Shown one piece after another: positions 11,201 through 17,498 of a stretch of DNA of 64,000 bases. The position numbers were made by a program, and so were the translations under genes. This stretch comes from a virus. Lineage: Duplodnaviria; Caudoviricetes. The stretch spans positions 6,378-70,377 of the IMG/VR virus record IMGVR_UViG_3300047292_000147, one strand, 5' to 3'. The notes beneath the pieces are model-generated. The model did no database searches. It was not told the origin of the DNA and saw only the letters and a program-made list of their open reading frames with translations. The first letter of the stretch is position 1. Each line of letters begins with the position of its first letter.

Positions 11201-12974
11201 TGTTACCAAAGACAGCGTGGACCCTGACAAGAGCCGCAAGCACATCTACGTGCTCAAAGGCGCTGGCTTGGCTCCTCATGTGTCCGGTGCACTGCAGTTC
11301 CAGACAGATGCTGCCAAGGGCACAAAGATCAACAGCGGGTACACCAACGTCAACACCCAGGAAGGTCTTGAGAACGCACAGGTTCAGGCAGAGTTCAATC
11401 AGAAGCTTGGCTCGAAGATCGAAACAGATCCCAACTGGGATCCTTCGATGGAAACCAACAACTACACAGCGCCGCTCTACAACGAGAACGGCAAGGTTGT
11501 GAACTGGCGTTACCTGATGAATAAGCAGACCAAGGATGAGCTGCTTGAGCGCAACAACAGCTTTGATCGTGTGCTAGGTGTTCTGGGCGGTACGGTGTTC
11601 AGCAAGCCAAAGATCAAAGAGCAGAACCGTGCGGTGCTTGAAGCACTGAGGGAGATCTACAAGGACGACTACGCACTGAACGCAGAATCGTATGTCGAGA
11701 TTGGTCCTAACAGCAGCGACCCAGAGCTTCGTAGCTTTTGGGATCGTTTGCCTGAGCAGACCAAACAAGACGTTCGTGATGTCTGGGGCAGAGACAACCT
11801 CAAGGTGACGGCCGACAGCCTGGATCTGGTGTTTGGTTACCGCAAGCGTTCACTGGCTGAACCTTTCCGCCAAAAGCAGAAAAACATAGCCAAGCTGGAA
11901 GCAGGTGGTGCATTGTCTGAGGCTGACAAGCAAGGGCTGATTGCTCAGAACTTTGTGGCATCGGTTGAGTGGGCTCTGACAACCTTTGCTCGAGTAAAGC
12001 TTGGCAAGCCACAAGACGAAGCAGAGCGCTACGCCAAACGAGCTGCGGCTTACATGACTCGCAGTGAGCGTGCATGGCAAGAAGTGGTGCGCGAGATCAA
12101 GACGATCTACGTCATCAAGAACGTCTCAACCATGGTAGGCAACAACCTCAGCAACATCTCTCAGCTCTTGGCTTCGGGTGTGTCTTTGAAGTCTATCCGT
12201 GAGCATCTGCCTGTGGCCATGAAAGGTGTTACGGCATACATGGCTGATACCGAAGAGCTGCGTGAATTAGAGAACCAGCTGGCGACGGGCTACACCCAAG
12301 GCAACGACGCAGAAATTGAACGCAAGATTGTTCGTCTGCGTGATGCCATCGCACGCAACCCTGCACGGGAGATGATCGAAGCTGGCTTGATGCCGTCTAT
12401 CGTGGAAGACATCGGGGAAGCGGATGATCCGTTCTCGTACAAGACGGAGCTGGCCAAGAAAACGGAGCGCTTCACCGACAAGCTGAACCCGAAGGTCAAG
12501 GAAGCGGCAAAGTTTGTGTACATGACCCGAGACGGCAAGCTGTACAAAGCATTGCACCAGGCCACACAGGTCAGTGACTTCGTGGCTCGATACGTCATGT
12601 ACCAACACCGCATCAGCCGAGAGCAGAACCCTCTGAGCAAAGCAGCTGCGATCCAGGAAGTGTCTGAAGCGTTCGTGAACTACGACATTGCGATGCACCG
12701 GAACATTCAGTTCATGGACGACATGGGCTTCTTCAACTTCACGAAGTATTTCCTGCGGATGCAGAAGGTGCTGTTGAAGATGGGTCGTGAGAATCCTGCA
12801 AGAGTGTTGGCTTTGGCAGCAGCAGATTCGTACCTGAACTTGGGATCCATCGTTCTGGATAGCTCAGCTTTGGCCAAGATAGGCAACAACCCATTTGGTA
12901 TTGGTGCTCTTGGCTTCCCAGGTGCACTGGATGACCTGGCTACGGTGAAGGCAGCAATGGCCTTGGTGAAGTAA
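2208..12974 (+). CDS. Virion-encapsidated RNA polymerase (N4 gp50-like, 3588 aa)
   Basis: Size; single-subunit RNAP motifs A (GEIDGKTNG), B (RDFTKNPLTTLMFGS) and C (NNHDAL); no Cys seen in the translation; N4 synteny. Confidence 0.95.
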   Translation: MAEFDLNSYFSKRQQLFGQDKVDALQKASAEKVQALQESRARDQAYLNSPQAQIDRAVAEGRTWGEFGQDVGLSAIQGVDALAKLPAMVYDKATEGNFYGTETQRISAMSDEREKLKSAFAQANNKQKADAAKAAGEAAKEYFGDGALGTGAQVAAEFGTAFWEAAKDPGSIPEFLAQQAAQLGVMGKVGRASELAAKAAVKAAPVLAATKAGQAAVNRVGTAGAVGTGAVLQGTDVGSDTMTRLMELPQAVWDQNPQYKVRAAEIGADAAKQEIASRLASEATVQGAATSLLSAALPGGSSVEKALVGKSLGGFKAVPKAFVGESGQEGIEEGTGKFFGNAGVKQIDPTQSLSEDVGAAAGQGAYMGGLLGAGISGVQTAGNAAAIAAAERAAKVQEEVAKKQDLSAAIASGDVSAYLDPKSPSFAPEKAVQGLFGNSQKEDTTPEAKQTNFVKAESIVADLKSEREKLQLELDWTNPDKLQARLDAGRDGFSPELIAATEETIATLRTTPADPNEIAALEAKAKSMDRKIQLSETILKDFNREGQNQQVDVEAEVAKLKDADPVVSQGAADNIINLSMKSPELVDRKLAASLVNDTTNNLTDSQRDYLRAFSEARVAENTLKTMGDVSKEIFFGSAKDKQGIKYTGLAEYRANVAVTLAAGNQKSADRELALLTNFETSHQAKAKAASEAYAAFLKDGIERRVVRNKDGSWKVEQGLFESPAARVENGGLDIKENSPKIVAETKTEADAISKTAVELKAAYAVKFGSGNTGGASNVQNVPQALEGIQSAETQLRPEASTQDGAAEGVATTGGGAAADVQADATAGTDAVAPASKKTNSLEFARSLDKQLSDRLTPISRAQKDGKISLEDARARFQEEKTKLIAENAEALVAAAFEGIAPRTLAVAKSFAKDGNAAMAAAQALGEVGIASRLYPENDALVQQLVLARLAQETPAAAPTTQEAPSSAASTVKAKTDQAQLQSTEQATTSTEAVVPVPEAVAEAVESQGLTALQQKSPEGKSYVERNLLADHLKQTGKRPLVMVKNFVTALKQQTAKVMDYLDVKEPTDKQKAAVQLLARKVAEWGPVIKGSLVKGYWNNTEKKAKDATEYRYADLMQFLIEGTNKDGLDLEENIKTAIVYAAMRATVDAADSNTFNSPEDINAMFGRSDEAEVSETEQRILANVGVRDNNWRNRAGQAAVQALGLKAADENTPIDLLPRLESAFGAYIQKLLMDRGIMVRETLSRKEMEELFPVNPADPSSKVPPSWQFMKLARDAEGNPVPAAQQIIEGLQGTGNVLDKLFDVETLVRFPVLQAAEFKDKSQKGVNEGIPENLLEAVNQKQQEAGYLREDSWAVLSALPEKAFLMMHGWVDLENTTVHAMDMLSVQAKNEGIVREYNRIKQFVSEVIQPAATEADTELGAVPFYAEMFVAKQQRVFQKTNGFNQQTSKMHRNVYRKGSWSLDIKLSDEAAMNNFKLRVLEALGTKTDAQTNDRTLDQFDAAFDPEMQSSTKGKEKAAALRDAVKTLQKIIYEGTTLSDAEVDALVNGVAKGGEKGLTLAALQDMAHYMQAMETGTETFPVQFQGEIDGKTNGVIISQLLFGGAESLEDMQNRMRRGGLFFEGDQDSQFNSWKQEGNLDQYESLAKRLNEIAQLTLASDPEVYAAIEGFTKPLSTADGQVAKEGRDFTKNPLTTLMFGSTLYSAVDKMGDKLIAQISKRIVDVVDGKTPSTMKEVLQDLNTLITRGGGKPINVNMTNAQAMSSELSSDQTAAIKRAFHNSLGDAAKQAFEEEFGTYLQQRSIADEAANLTFALSNAVISGMRVDYVSKLIADEVMPVNPTTGQPLRALTKQEEREFQKQVSKLIPRVHTAGSKKDGKQSSGIGLFKTKQTLSTNPVYQGKASFGTPFADTVGKTGRQGQSIESFSAKLNSNEVVQEEPGISTSSKQVHSFDSTVARGAETLLAAQGIETDNNHDALTSGLNGFNKVGQALNQSFYSELSQYSPLGELSASLNGMVQAIIGFAVTGEGNNLTPTAQKNLAAVLNELVSTYGLDAAASLNLVIRNTADAAYRADKMKLETLAGVVSVDQYTLEGGNYEVTPKDRDAITAQLAALSPEVKLGVFEAVDSLVTLMGDTLTVPQARQTKTKGATEFGNLGASSVRHDADLVSVFEKRGQLNAKQLVQVLRKKFAENTVNREILEKLVPLLNAGLVVKYITPDSTSADVLEKAKEPSRGWFVSKDGQQEIYVLGTQFKDSGLTPELLLHETLHAVLAQVINGPKSADAQALVAELETLLAEAKAIVASDASLSAFAPAVTNVDELVSWGLTNKNFQVKVLSKVRMQSQTTQNRLVSGIKAFVDAVASLLFRRPDKNQNHGVFVLMSNVSGLLTEAANSKPGVDVNLSMASQVERINSFTTLQIHEALDTGAVDPAFQSQLANLLTGIVDALHGPFGAFAQALRGTEAKTPMDAWAKAKELGVAPFGSSVLARMGASEQEAFVIEQVEATVKAALEGNNAQAKIAYRELYNLYTEMYNKFNKDGSDFFKGDWALATPSEKAHAKSQYDFVFELKSDNGNRSDYLARFAALGLAHQGFNQMLQVATESDVGKLRGKESFEQRLRRWFSNVLGMFRQRVTKTYAGQLADVKLQTLVGQLVDIEAKKRSLIQAKKGLINTAMVEDGAREVTEGLRKTIAKVADSDFMRNQKNTAVQVVRSAVSTITNDRTEKYIEGMQKFVERNMQAQGSVLVSVLKELTGHKEKLQAAFRVVKKFEGDRQDQIAGWAKDARKAFGKKLSRESSASITSVIMRTGLHYLSNTMSMAELERLVDNPVAQNLAIAELEAKLGHMKAEYVTQIKGLGYYKATEEVKVEVLMMNSHLISKLADTVYEKQISDAQAKAAEPIIKQLVSLYALKYTSRTEQALAKQVFRDENARGESVGNGIDFVMKTQKALEAEAFERQFKNNSALMVHGFTPEIVNPHTEFDVLDEVTGKELEDYGYKKGASVTKDSVDPDKSRKHIYVLKGAGLAPHVSGALQFQTDAAKGTKINSGYTNVNTQEGLENAQVQAEFNQKLGSKIETDPNWDPSMETNNYTAPLYNENGKVVNWRYLMNKQTKDELLERNNSFDRVLGVLGGTVFSKPKIKEQNRAVLEALREIYKDDYALNAESYVEIGPNSSDPELRSFWDRLPEQTKQDVRDVWGRDNLKVTADSLDLVFGYRKRSLAEPFRQKQKNIAKLEAGGALSEADKQGLIAQNFVASVEWALTTFARVKLGKPQDEAERYAKRAAAYMTRSERAWQEVVREIKTIYVIKNVSTMVGNNLSNISQLLASGVSLKSIREHLPVAMKGVTAYMADTEELRELENQLATGYTQGNDAEIERKIVRLRDAIARNPAREMIEAGLMPSIVEDIGEADDPFSYKTELAKKTERFTDKLNPKVKEAAKFVYMTRDGKLYKALHQATQVSDFVARYVMYQHRISREQNPLSKAAAIQEVSEAFVNYDIAMHRNIQFMDDMGFFNFTKYFLRMQKVLLKMGRENPARVLALAAADSYLNLGSIVLDSSALAKIGNNPFGIGALGFPGALDDLATVKAAMALVK

Positions 12975-12978
12975 CGCT

Positions 12979-13033
12979 TAAGGGTGGGGACTGCAAAGTC
13001 TTCACTCTTAAGAGTCATCCCTTACGGGGATGA
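12979..13033. terminator. Two hairpins between the convergent vRNAP and hns genes
   Basis: TAAGGGTGGGGACT-GCAA-AGTCTTCACTCTTA and TCATCCC-TTACG-GGGATGA. Confidence 0.5.
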
Positions 13034-13081
13034 GTCGGTCTGCCGGATTTTATAGCCCTCCTGCAGACAATGCCGGGCTCG

Positions 13082-13387
13082 TTACTTGATGAGGATTTCC
13101 TCAAGCTTTCCACCCTTCGCCAGGTGTGCTTCAACCCATTTGGGTTTACGTCCTCGACCGGACCAGAAGTTGGTGCCGGATTGATACTTCATAGCCACCT
13201 TTGCTCGACCAGTAGCAGTGATCTTGACTGGCTCACCGAAGTTCAAGTCTCTTACACGGATGCCGTAGAACTTGATCTTTTCGTTGATGTCCTCGATCGC
13301 AGCAGATCTTTCTTTTGAAAGAAGAGCGTCTCTTTCTTTCTGGAGGGTTTCGATCTGTTTTTGCAGATCATCGAGCTTGTTGGCCAT
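13082..13387 (-). CDS. hns: H-NS family nucleoid-associated protein (101 aa, BpH3/Bv3F type)
   Basis: N-terminal coiled coil (LDDLQKQIETLQKERDALL) and C-terminal KYQ..TNFWSGRGRKPKW signature; AGGA Shine-Dalgarno before the ATG at 13387. Confidence 0.9.
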   Translation of the reverse strand: MANKLDDLQKQIETLQKERDALLSKERSAAIEDINEKIKFYGIRVRDLNFGEPVKITATGRAKVAMKYQSGTNFWSGRGRKPKWVEAHLAKGGKLEEILIK

Positions 13388-13427
13388 CGGTATTCCTTTC
13401 GATTTGGGCGGTTCGTGGAAGAGGTTT

Positions 13428-13658
13428 TCAAGAGCCTTCTTGGGTTCCTCTTCCTTCGCCTTTTGACGGGCGAGATGGTACTGATTCGTGCTCACAGTAT
13501 TCCTTGATACAGAGGGCAATGATCGCTATGACAGCTGCGCCCAACAGGACTGCTCCTGCTACGGCAACGAGTGCTGAAATGAGCGCACCTCCAACCAATA
13601 GTACAGTGAGAACGAGGATTGCGGCTAGGGTATAGCCAATCCCTTTGAGTACGCCCAT
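13428..13658 (-). CDS. Small membrane protein
   Basis: Long hydrophobic stretch (1-2 TM segments); lies in the operon. Confidence 0.6.
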   Translation of the reverse strand: MGVLKGIGYTLAAILVLTVLLVGGALISALVAVAGAVLLGAAVIAIIALCIKEYCEHESVPSRPSKGEGRGTQEGS

Positions 13659-13670
13659 TCCTACGACCTG

Positions 13671-14006
13671 TTAGTTGAACAGGCTAGTAGGGGTCTTTGC
13701 AACAGCAGGTTCGTCCGTAGCAAACGGAGGTTCTTCAACCGCAGGAGCTTGTTCTTCAGCTGCTTTGGCTTCAGGGGGTGTAGGCACCACAGTCAGTACA
13801 GGCTTGACTGCATCTTCAGGGCTGTCTTCGAAACCAGGGATCGGCTGACCAGCATCTTCGATCGAGATGTCGGCAGTGATACCCGCTTCTTTGCGGCCAG
13901 CAGTGAACGAGATGTCCACGGACTTGCCGCTCAAGCTGATGCCTTGAATGGTGATGTACTGCTTCAGTGCAGCGATGATTTCAGTCTGTTTGAGCTGAAT
14001 TTGCAT
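13671..14006 (-). CDS. Conserved N4-like hypothetical protein
   Basis: MQIQLKQTEIIAALKQYI..VDISFTAGRK N-terminus with an acidic/Pro tail; operon-coupled. Confidence 0.6.
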   Translation of the reverse strand: MQIQLKQTEIIAALKQYITIQGISLSGKSVDISFTAGRKEAGITADISIEDAGQPIPGFEDSPEDAVKPVLTVVPTPPEAKAAEEQAPAVEEPPFATDEPAVAKTPTSLFN

Positions 14007-14604
14007 GAGTTTCTTTCTTAGTTTGTGCCTTCATAAAAGGCAGCATTTGTTGAAATGCGTTGCAGGATATGCCCGCGTAGATGGCAGCAACGGCATCGGC
14101 CATGTGCTCGGCTTTGGCCTCACTCACGACGCTTGCACCGTTCTGCTTGTACATAGGCCAATTGGCTTCGGGATGCTTGGCCATGGCCCATCGAATCATG
14201 TCTTGCTTTGAGGCTGTCTTGTTGCCTACAGAAGCAAGCTTTACTTCGTTTGGGGTGACTTCGAAGAAGGGAATGCCGTTCGCTCTCAGTGCCCCCAGGA
14301 CGCCCACACAGACCCCGTAGGAAGCCATGGCACGGGCAGACTGGCTACCGACCGGAACTTCTACAAAGACTGCGTGAGCGCCCTCTGCTGCGGTGACAGC
14401 ACCTTTGTACAGCTGGAATGCTGACTCGAGATCGGTGCTGTTTTGACGAACTTGCTTGCCGGTAGGCAGGACAGGATTGGTCAGGTTTAGCAGCTCGATC
14501 GTGAGCTTTCTGGTTTCCAGGTTCAAGGTGCCGACCGCCAGACCCCAGTTACGGAGGCTGGGATCTTGACCCACGACCTTGATGATGTCAGTGGACTGGC
14601 TCAT
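13981..14604 (-). CDS. RuvC-like Holliday junction resolvase
   Basis: VVGQDPSLRNWGLA, VFVEVPVGSQ and EHMADAVAA RNase H-fold acidic motifs. Confidence 0.75.
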   Translation of the reverse strand: MSQSTDIIKVVGQDPSLRNWGLAVGTLNLETRKLTIELLNLTNPVLPTGKQVRQNSTDLESAFQLYKGAVTAAEGAHAVFVEVPVGSQSARAMASYGVCVGVLGALRANGIPFFEVTPNEVKLASVGNKTASKQDMIRWAMAKHPEANWPMYKQNGASVVSEAKAEHMADAVAAIYAGISCNAFQQMLPFMKAQTKKETHANSAQTD

Positions 14605-14869
14605 TAGGTGCTGCGGGTGAATCGTCAATCTCTACACCAAAGGGCAGAGTACCCAGTTCCATCAGGGCCAGTGACAGACCCATCAGGAAGCCCTTGTGCA
14701 GATCGCCCGACAGGATTTGTGGGGCTTCGTTGTTGAAGGTGACTTCAACGCCTTCAGGCATGGACAGGAAGTGTTCCAGTGTCTTGACCTTGCTTTCATG
14801 CCAGCCACTCAACAGCTGGATGAATTGGTCAATGTCCGCAACGACTACGGTTTCAGCGTTCTTGTTCAT
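14588..14869 (-). CDS. Hypothetical protein
   Basis: ATG start, overlap-coupled within the operon. Confidence 0.6.
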   Translation of the reverse strand: MNKNAETVVVADIDQFIQLLSGWHESKVKTLEHFLSMPEGVEVTFNNEAPQILSGDLHKGFLMGLSLALMELGTLPFGVEIDDSPAAPNEPVH

Positions 14870-15153
14870 GCCAACCCCGCTTCAAAGCGACGCTGCTTGA
14901 GCAGGTAGCCTTCCAGATCCCAGAGCTTCTCGAATGCGTTGTCATACGCAATCTTCTCGCCAATGGCTTGGTTGAAGTTGGCTGGGTCAACGCAAGCGCT
15001 TGTGCCAACCAAGGTGTAGCCGTTCTCCAGAGTGATCTGGCAAACGGTTGTAGTGCTGTCAGGCAAGCGTGTGTAGGTAGAGGATTTCACCTTGGCTTGC
15101 ATGTCGGCAACAGTGATCCGGTTAGGGATCACGTTTTCTTGGTTCTCAGTCAT
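14866..15153 (-). CDS. Phage Gp49/gp66-family protein
   Basis: TTVCQITLENGYTLVGTSACVDPANFNQAIGEKIAYDNAFEKLWDLEGYLL motif. Confidence 0.75.
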   Translation of the reverse strand: MTENQENVIPNRITVADMQAKVKSSTYTRLPDSTTTVCQITLENGYTLVGTSACVDPANFNQAIGEKIAYDNAFEKLWDLEGYLLKQRRFEAGLA

Positions 15154-15171
15154 GTGATCTTTCTTGACTGA

Positions 15172-15366
15172 TTACTCAACAGCGGGAGCAGGCTCTTGTG
15201 CAACGGGGGCTTCAGCAGGCTGCAGTTGTGGAGCAGCTTGTTGCTGGATAGCACCGATGAGACCGGCAACCTTGTCATAGGGCTGAGCGCTCAGAGCACC
15301 CAGAATGATGTTGGTCGCCTCGACGTTCAGCGTCAGAGTGATGGGAGTTTGTGGATTGATTTGCAT
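15172..15366 (-). CDS. Small hypothetical protein (64 aa)
   Basis: MQINPQTPITLTLNVEATNIILGALSAQPYDKVAGLIGAIQQQA with an AGGA Shine-Dalgarno. Confidence 0.6.
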   Translation of the reverse strand: MQINPQTPITLTLNVEATNIILGALSAQPYDKVAGLIGAIQQQAAPQLQPAEAPVAQEPAPAVE

Positions 15367-15387
15367 TTTCTTTCCTGGTGGTTGATG

Positions 15388-15426
15388 AAAAAATGAGCCC
15401 GTCTGAAGAATGTTCAGAACGGGCTT
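15388..15426 (-). terminator. Terminator downstream of SSB
   Basis: AAGCCCGT..TCTGAA stem-loop followed by a T run on the minus strand. Confidence 0.55.
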
Positions 15427-15446
15427 GGGCCTACCTCCTGCAGGAG

Positions 15447-16181
15447 TCAAGCAAACAGGCTGGTAGTAGGCTTCTTGGCTGCAGCTGCAGGAGCACCTGC
15501 GGCTTTGGGTGCACCAGGCGTGCCGGAAGCACCCTTGGCCTTCATCTTCACGGTGCCGCTGTGCTTGGCATCCCAAGTGTCGATGAACGTAGCGGTCTCG
15601 GCTTGAGCACGGATCTCGGCAGTCGTCATGCGATCTTTCGCACGGAACAGCTTGTCGATCTCGTTCTCGTCACGAGTCTCACCAGTGGGCTCGTACACAC
15701 CGGCATCGTTCTTCTTGGTCTTGTCGACCGTTTGACGAAGCACGCCGACGATGATTTCCTTGCCCAGCAAGTCCATCAGCATCTCGACCTTGGTCGGCAC
15801 TTCAGACTTGGCTTCGGCCGAGTACACGTTGACCACCTTGGTTTCGGTGTCGAGCTCGGAGATCTCCTTGCCGCAAGTCAACAGAGCCAAGCTGTTGGCG
15901 TGGTTGAAGCCAGGCAGGTAGAACTTCTCGCCGTCCTTCTCGTAGTAGTTCTTGCCACCCTTGGCAGTACCAGAGGTCATCCAGAGGGTTTGACGGAGCT
16001 CACGACCAGCTTCGGTCTTGAGGTTCAGCACCAGACCCATGGCACCACCAGCGGACTTGGTGACGTAAGCCAGGGCTACGGTGGATTTGTACAGACCGGA
16101 GTCCAGAGGACCGCTGGAGCCTACCGAGTCTTTTTCTTCGGTGACGGACGCATCGGTGGAGAGGGTTGAGAGCAGAGACAT
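15447..16181 (-). CDS. ssb: Single-stranded DNA-binding protein (N4 gp45-like)
   Basis: LDSGLY..VALAY..KSAGGA, LRQTLWMTSG, YYEKDGEKFYLPGF and C-terminal SLFA; syntenic with N4 gp45. Confidence 0.8.
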   Translation of the reverse strand: MSLLSTLSTDASVTEEKDSVGSSGPLDSGLYKSTVALAYVTKSAGGAMGLVLNLKTEAGRELRQTLWMTSGTAKGGKNYYEKDGEKFYLPGFNHANSLALLTCGKEISELDTETKVVNVYSAEAKSEVPTKVEMLMDLLGKEIIVGVLRQTVDKTKKNDAGVYEPTGETRDENEIDKLFRAKDRMTTAEIRAQAETATFIDTWDAKHSGTVKMKAKGASGTPGAPKAAGAPAAAAKKPTTSLFA

Positions 16182-16230
16182 AATGTTTTCTTTCAGGATT
16201 GGTTAAAGGTTGGTTTTGGTTTTACTGTGC

Positions 16231-16956
16231 TCACGCATAGTATTCTTTCAGCCGGTCCAAGACCAACTGGATATTGTTGTCGATAAAAGTTTCCTTTGTA
16301 TCGAACAACCCGAGTGGACCACGAAGACGTTCATTGACCGTCTCTTTGGTGATCTTGGTTTGGAAGACATACTTGAATCCAAGTGCTTCCTCTTCAGGAG
16401 TAATGGTCAGCATGTCTGAGCCATAGTCCTTCAGCGCTTTGAGTGCCACTTTCTTGCTGGCAATGACAACGGTGAAGTAGGACTCCAGACCGTTGTTCTT
16501 CAAGGAGCCCTTCACAGGAACCTTGGTCTCCATCAGCATCTCCGATTCGTTCAGCGTGTCAGAGGTGTGCGCAGTGAAGATGATCCGCTTGGTAGAGCGA
16601 GCCACGTACTGCTGCATCAGCGCTTTGAAGTACTGAGCAAATTGACCCCAGGCCTGCATGCCGTTGCTGGAATTCAGCACGTACAGGCTCTCGTACATGT
16701 CGAGCAGGTACGTCAGGGAGTCGATGATGATGGTGTGGATCTGAGGTTGAGTCTCAGCCCAGTCGAATGCCTCGTTGATCTGAAGCGGATCGGTGACCGT
16801 CTTCTGGATGAACTTGGCTCTGAATGGAAGCCGCTTGCCGGCCTCACAGTTCAGGTACAGAACGCCTTCAGGATCTTTGAGACCCATCAGCGAGGATGAT
16901 TTGCCGGTGGCTGACTTACCACACAGCAGGACCAGATGGTCGTTGGTGTCGGACAT
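16231..16956 (-). CDS. AAA_24/Sak4-like ATPase (N4 gp44-like)
   Basis: Walker A GKSATGKS, IIIDSLT Walker B, IIFTAH. Confidence 0.8.
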   Translation of the reverse strand: MSDTNDHLVLLCGKSATGKSSSLMGLKDPEGVLYLNCEAGKRLPFRAKFIQKTVTDPLQINEAFDWAETQPQIHTIIIDSLTYLLDMYESLYVLNSSNGMQAWGQFAQYFKALMQQYVARSTKRIIFTAHTSDTLNESEMLMETKVPVKGSLKNNGLESYFTVVIASKKVALKALKDYGSDMLTITPEEEALGFKYVFQTKITKETVNERLRGPLGLFDTKETFIDNNIQLVLDRLKEYYA

Positions 16957-17010
16957 AGTTTTCCTTGTTTGGTTTTTCGCAGAAGCGCCGGAGAGCGCCC
17001 CATCGGTGGA

Positions 17011-17484
17011 TCAGTTGTCGAAGCAGAAGACAATCCGCTGATCGGAGTCAGGGACGTCTGAGGTCAGATGGGTCAGGCAGTTTTCCAGTTTGGTAACGTG
17101 GTGCTCGACAACTTCTGATTTGTCAGTCGGTCGAATCAAGTGCTGAACACGAAGAGGCTTGAGTTCTTCGAGCTTGGCTTTGATTTCTTCCCGAGTGACG
17201 TACCCATGGCTGTGGCCATCAGTGCTCCAACGATCCCAGATCGTTTTGATTTCCTTGGACAGGTCATCAGGAATAACCTCTCGCTCAGGAAACGACCAAT
17301 CCCAACGGGAACGAACACCAGGCTGCAGCAAGCCAAAGAACCAATAATCTCGATCACGCCCAGGAAAGTTGGCCATGTCGGGATAGTTGTCTTCGTCTTC
17401 CAACAGTTCAAAAGTGTCTGCTTGATCGCACACCCATTGACCATTGCGTTTGGTTTCGGAGTGCCAGTGAATATCGCAGCCCAT
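17011..17484 (-). CDS. Conserved phage hypothetical protein
   Basis: MGCDIH...RDYWFFGLL...DGHSHGYVT...RIVFCFDN family pattern. Confidence 0.65.
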   Translation of the reverse strand: MGCDIHWHSETKRNGQWVCDQADTFELLEDEDNYPDMANFPGRDRDYWFFGLLQPGVRSRWDWSFPEREVIPDDLSKEIKTIWDRWSTDGHSHGYVTREEIKAKLEELKPLRVQHLIRPTDKSEVVEHHVTKLENCLTHLTSDVPDSDQRIVFCFDN

Positions 17485-17498
17485 TTGGGCTCCTTTCT

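Noticed and set aside
2224-12927. Many antisense and alternate-frame ORFs within vRNAP (e.g. 4809..5810, 8037..9008), and similar ones across polymerase, terminase and portal
   Set aside because: Shadow ORFs caused by biased codon usage; no motifs or ribosome-binding sites.
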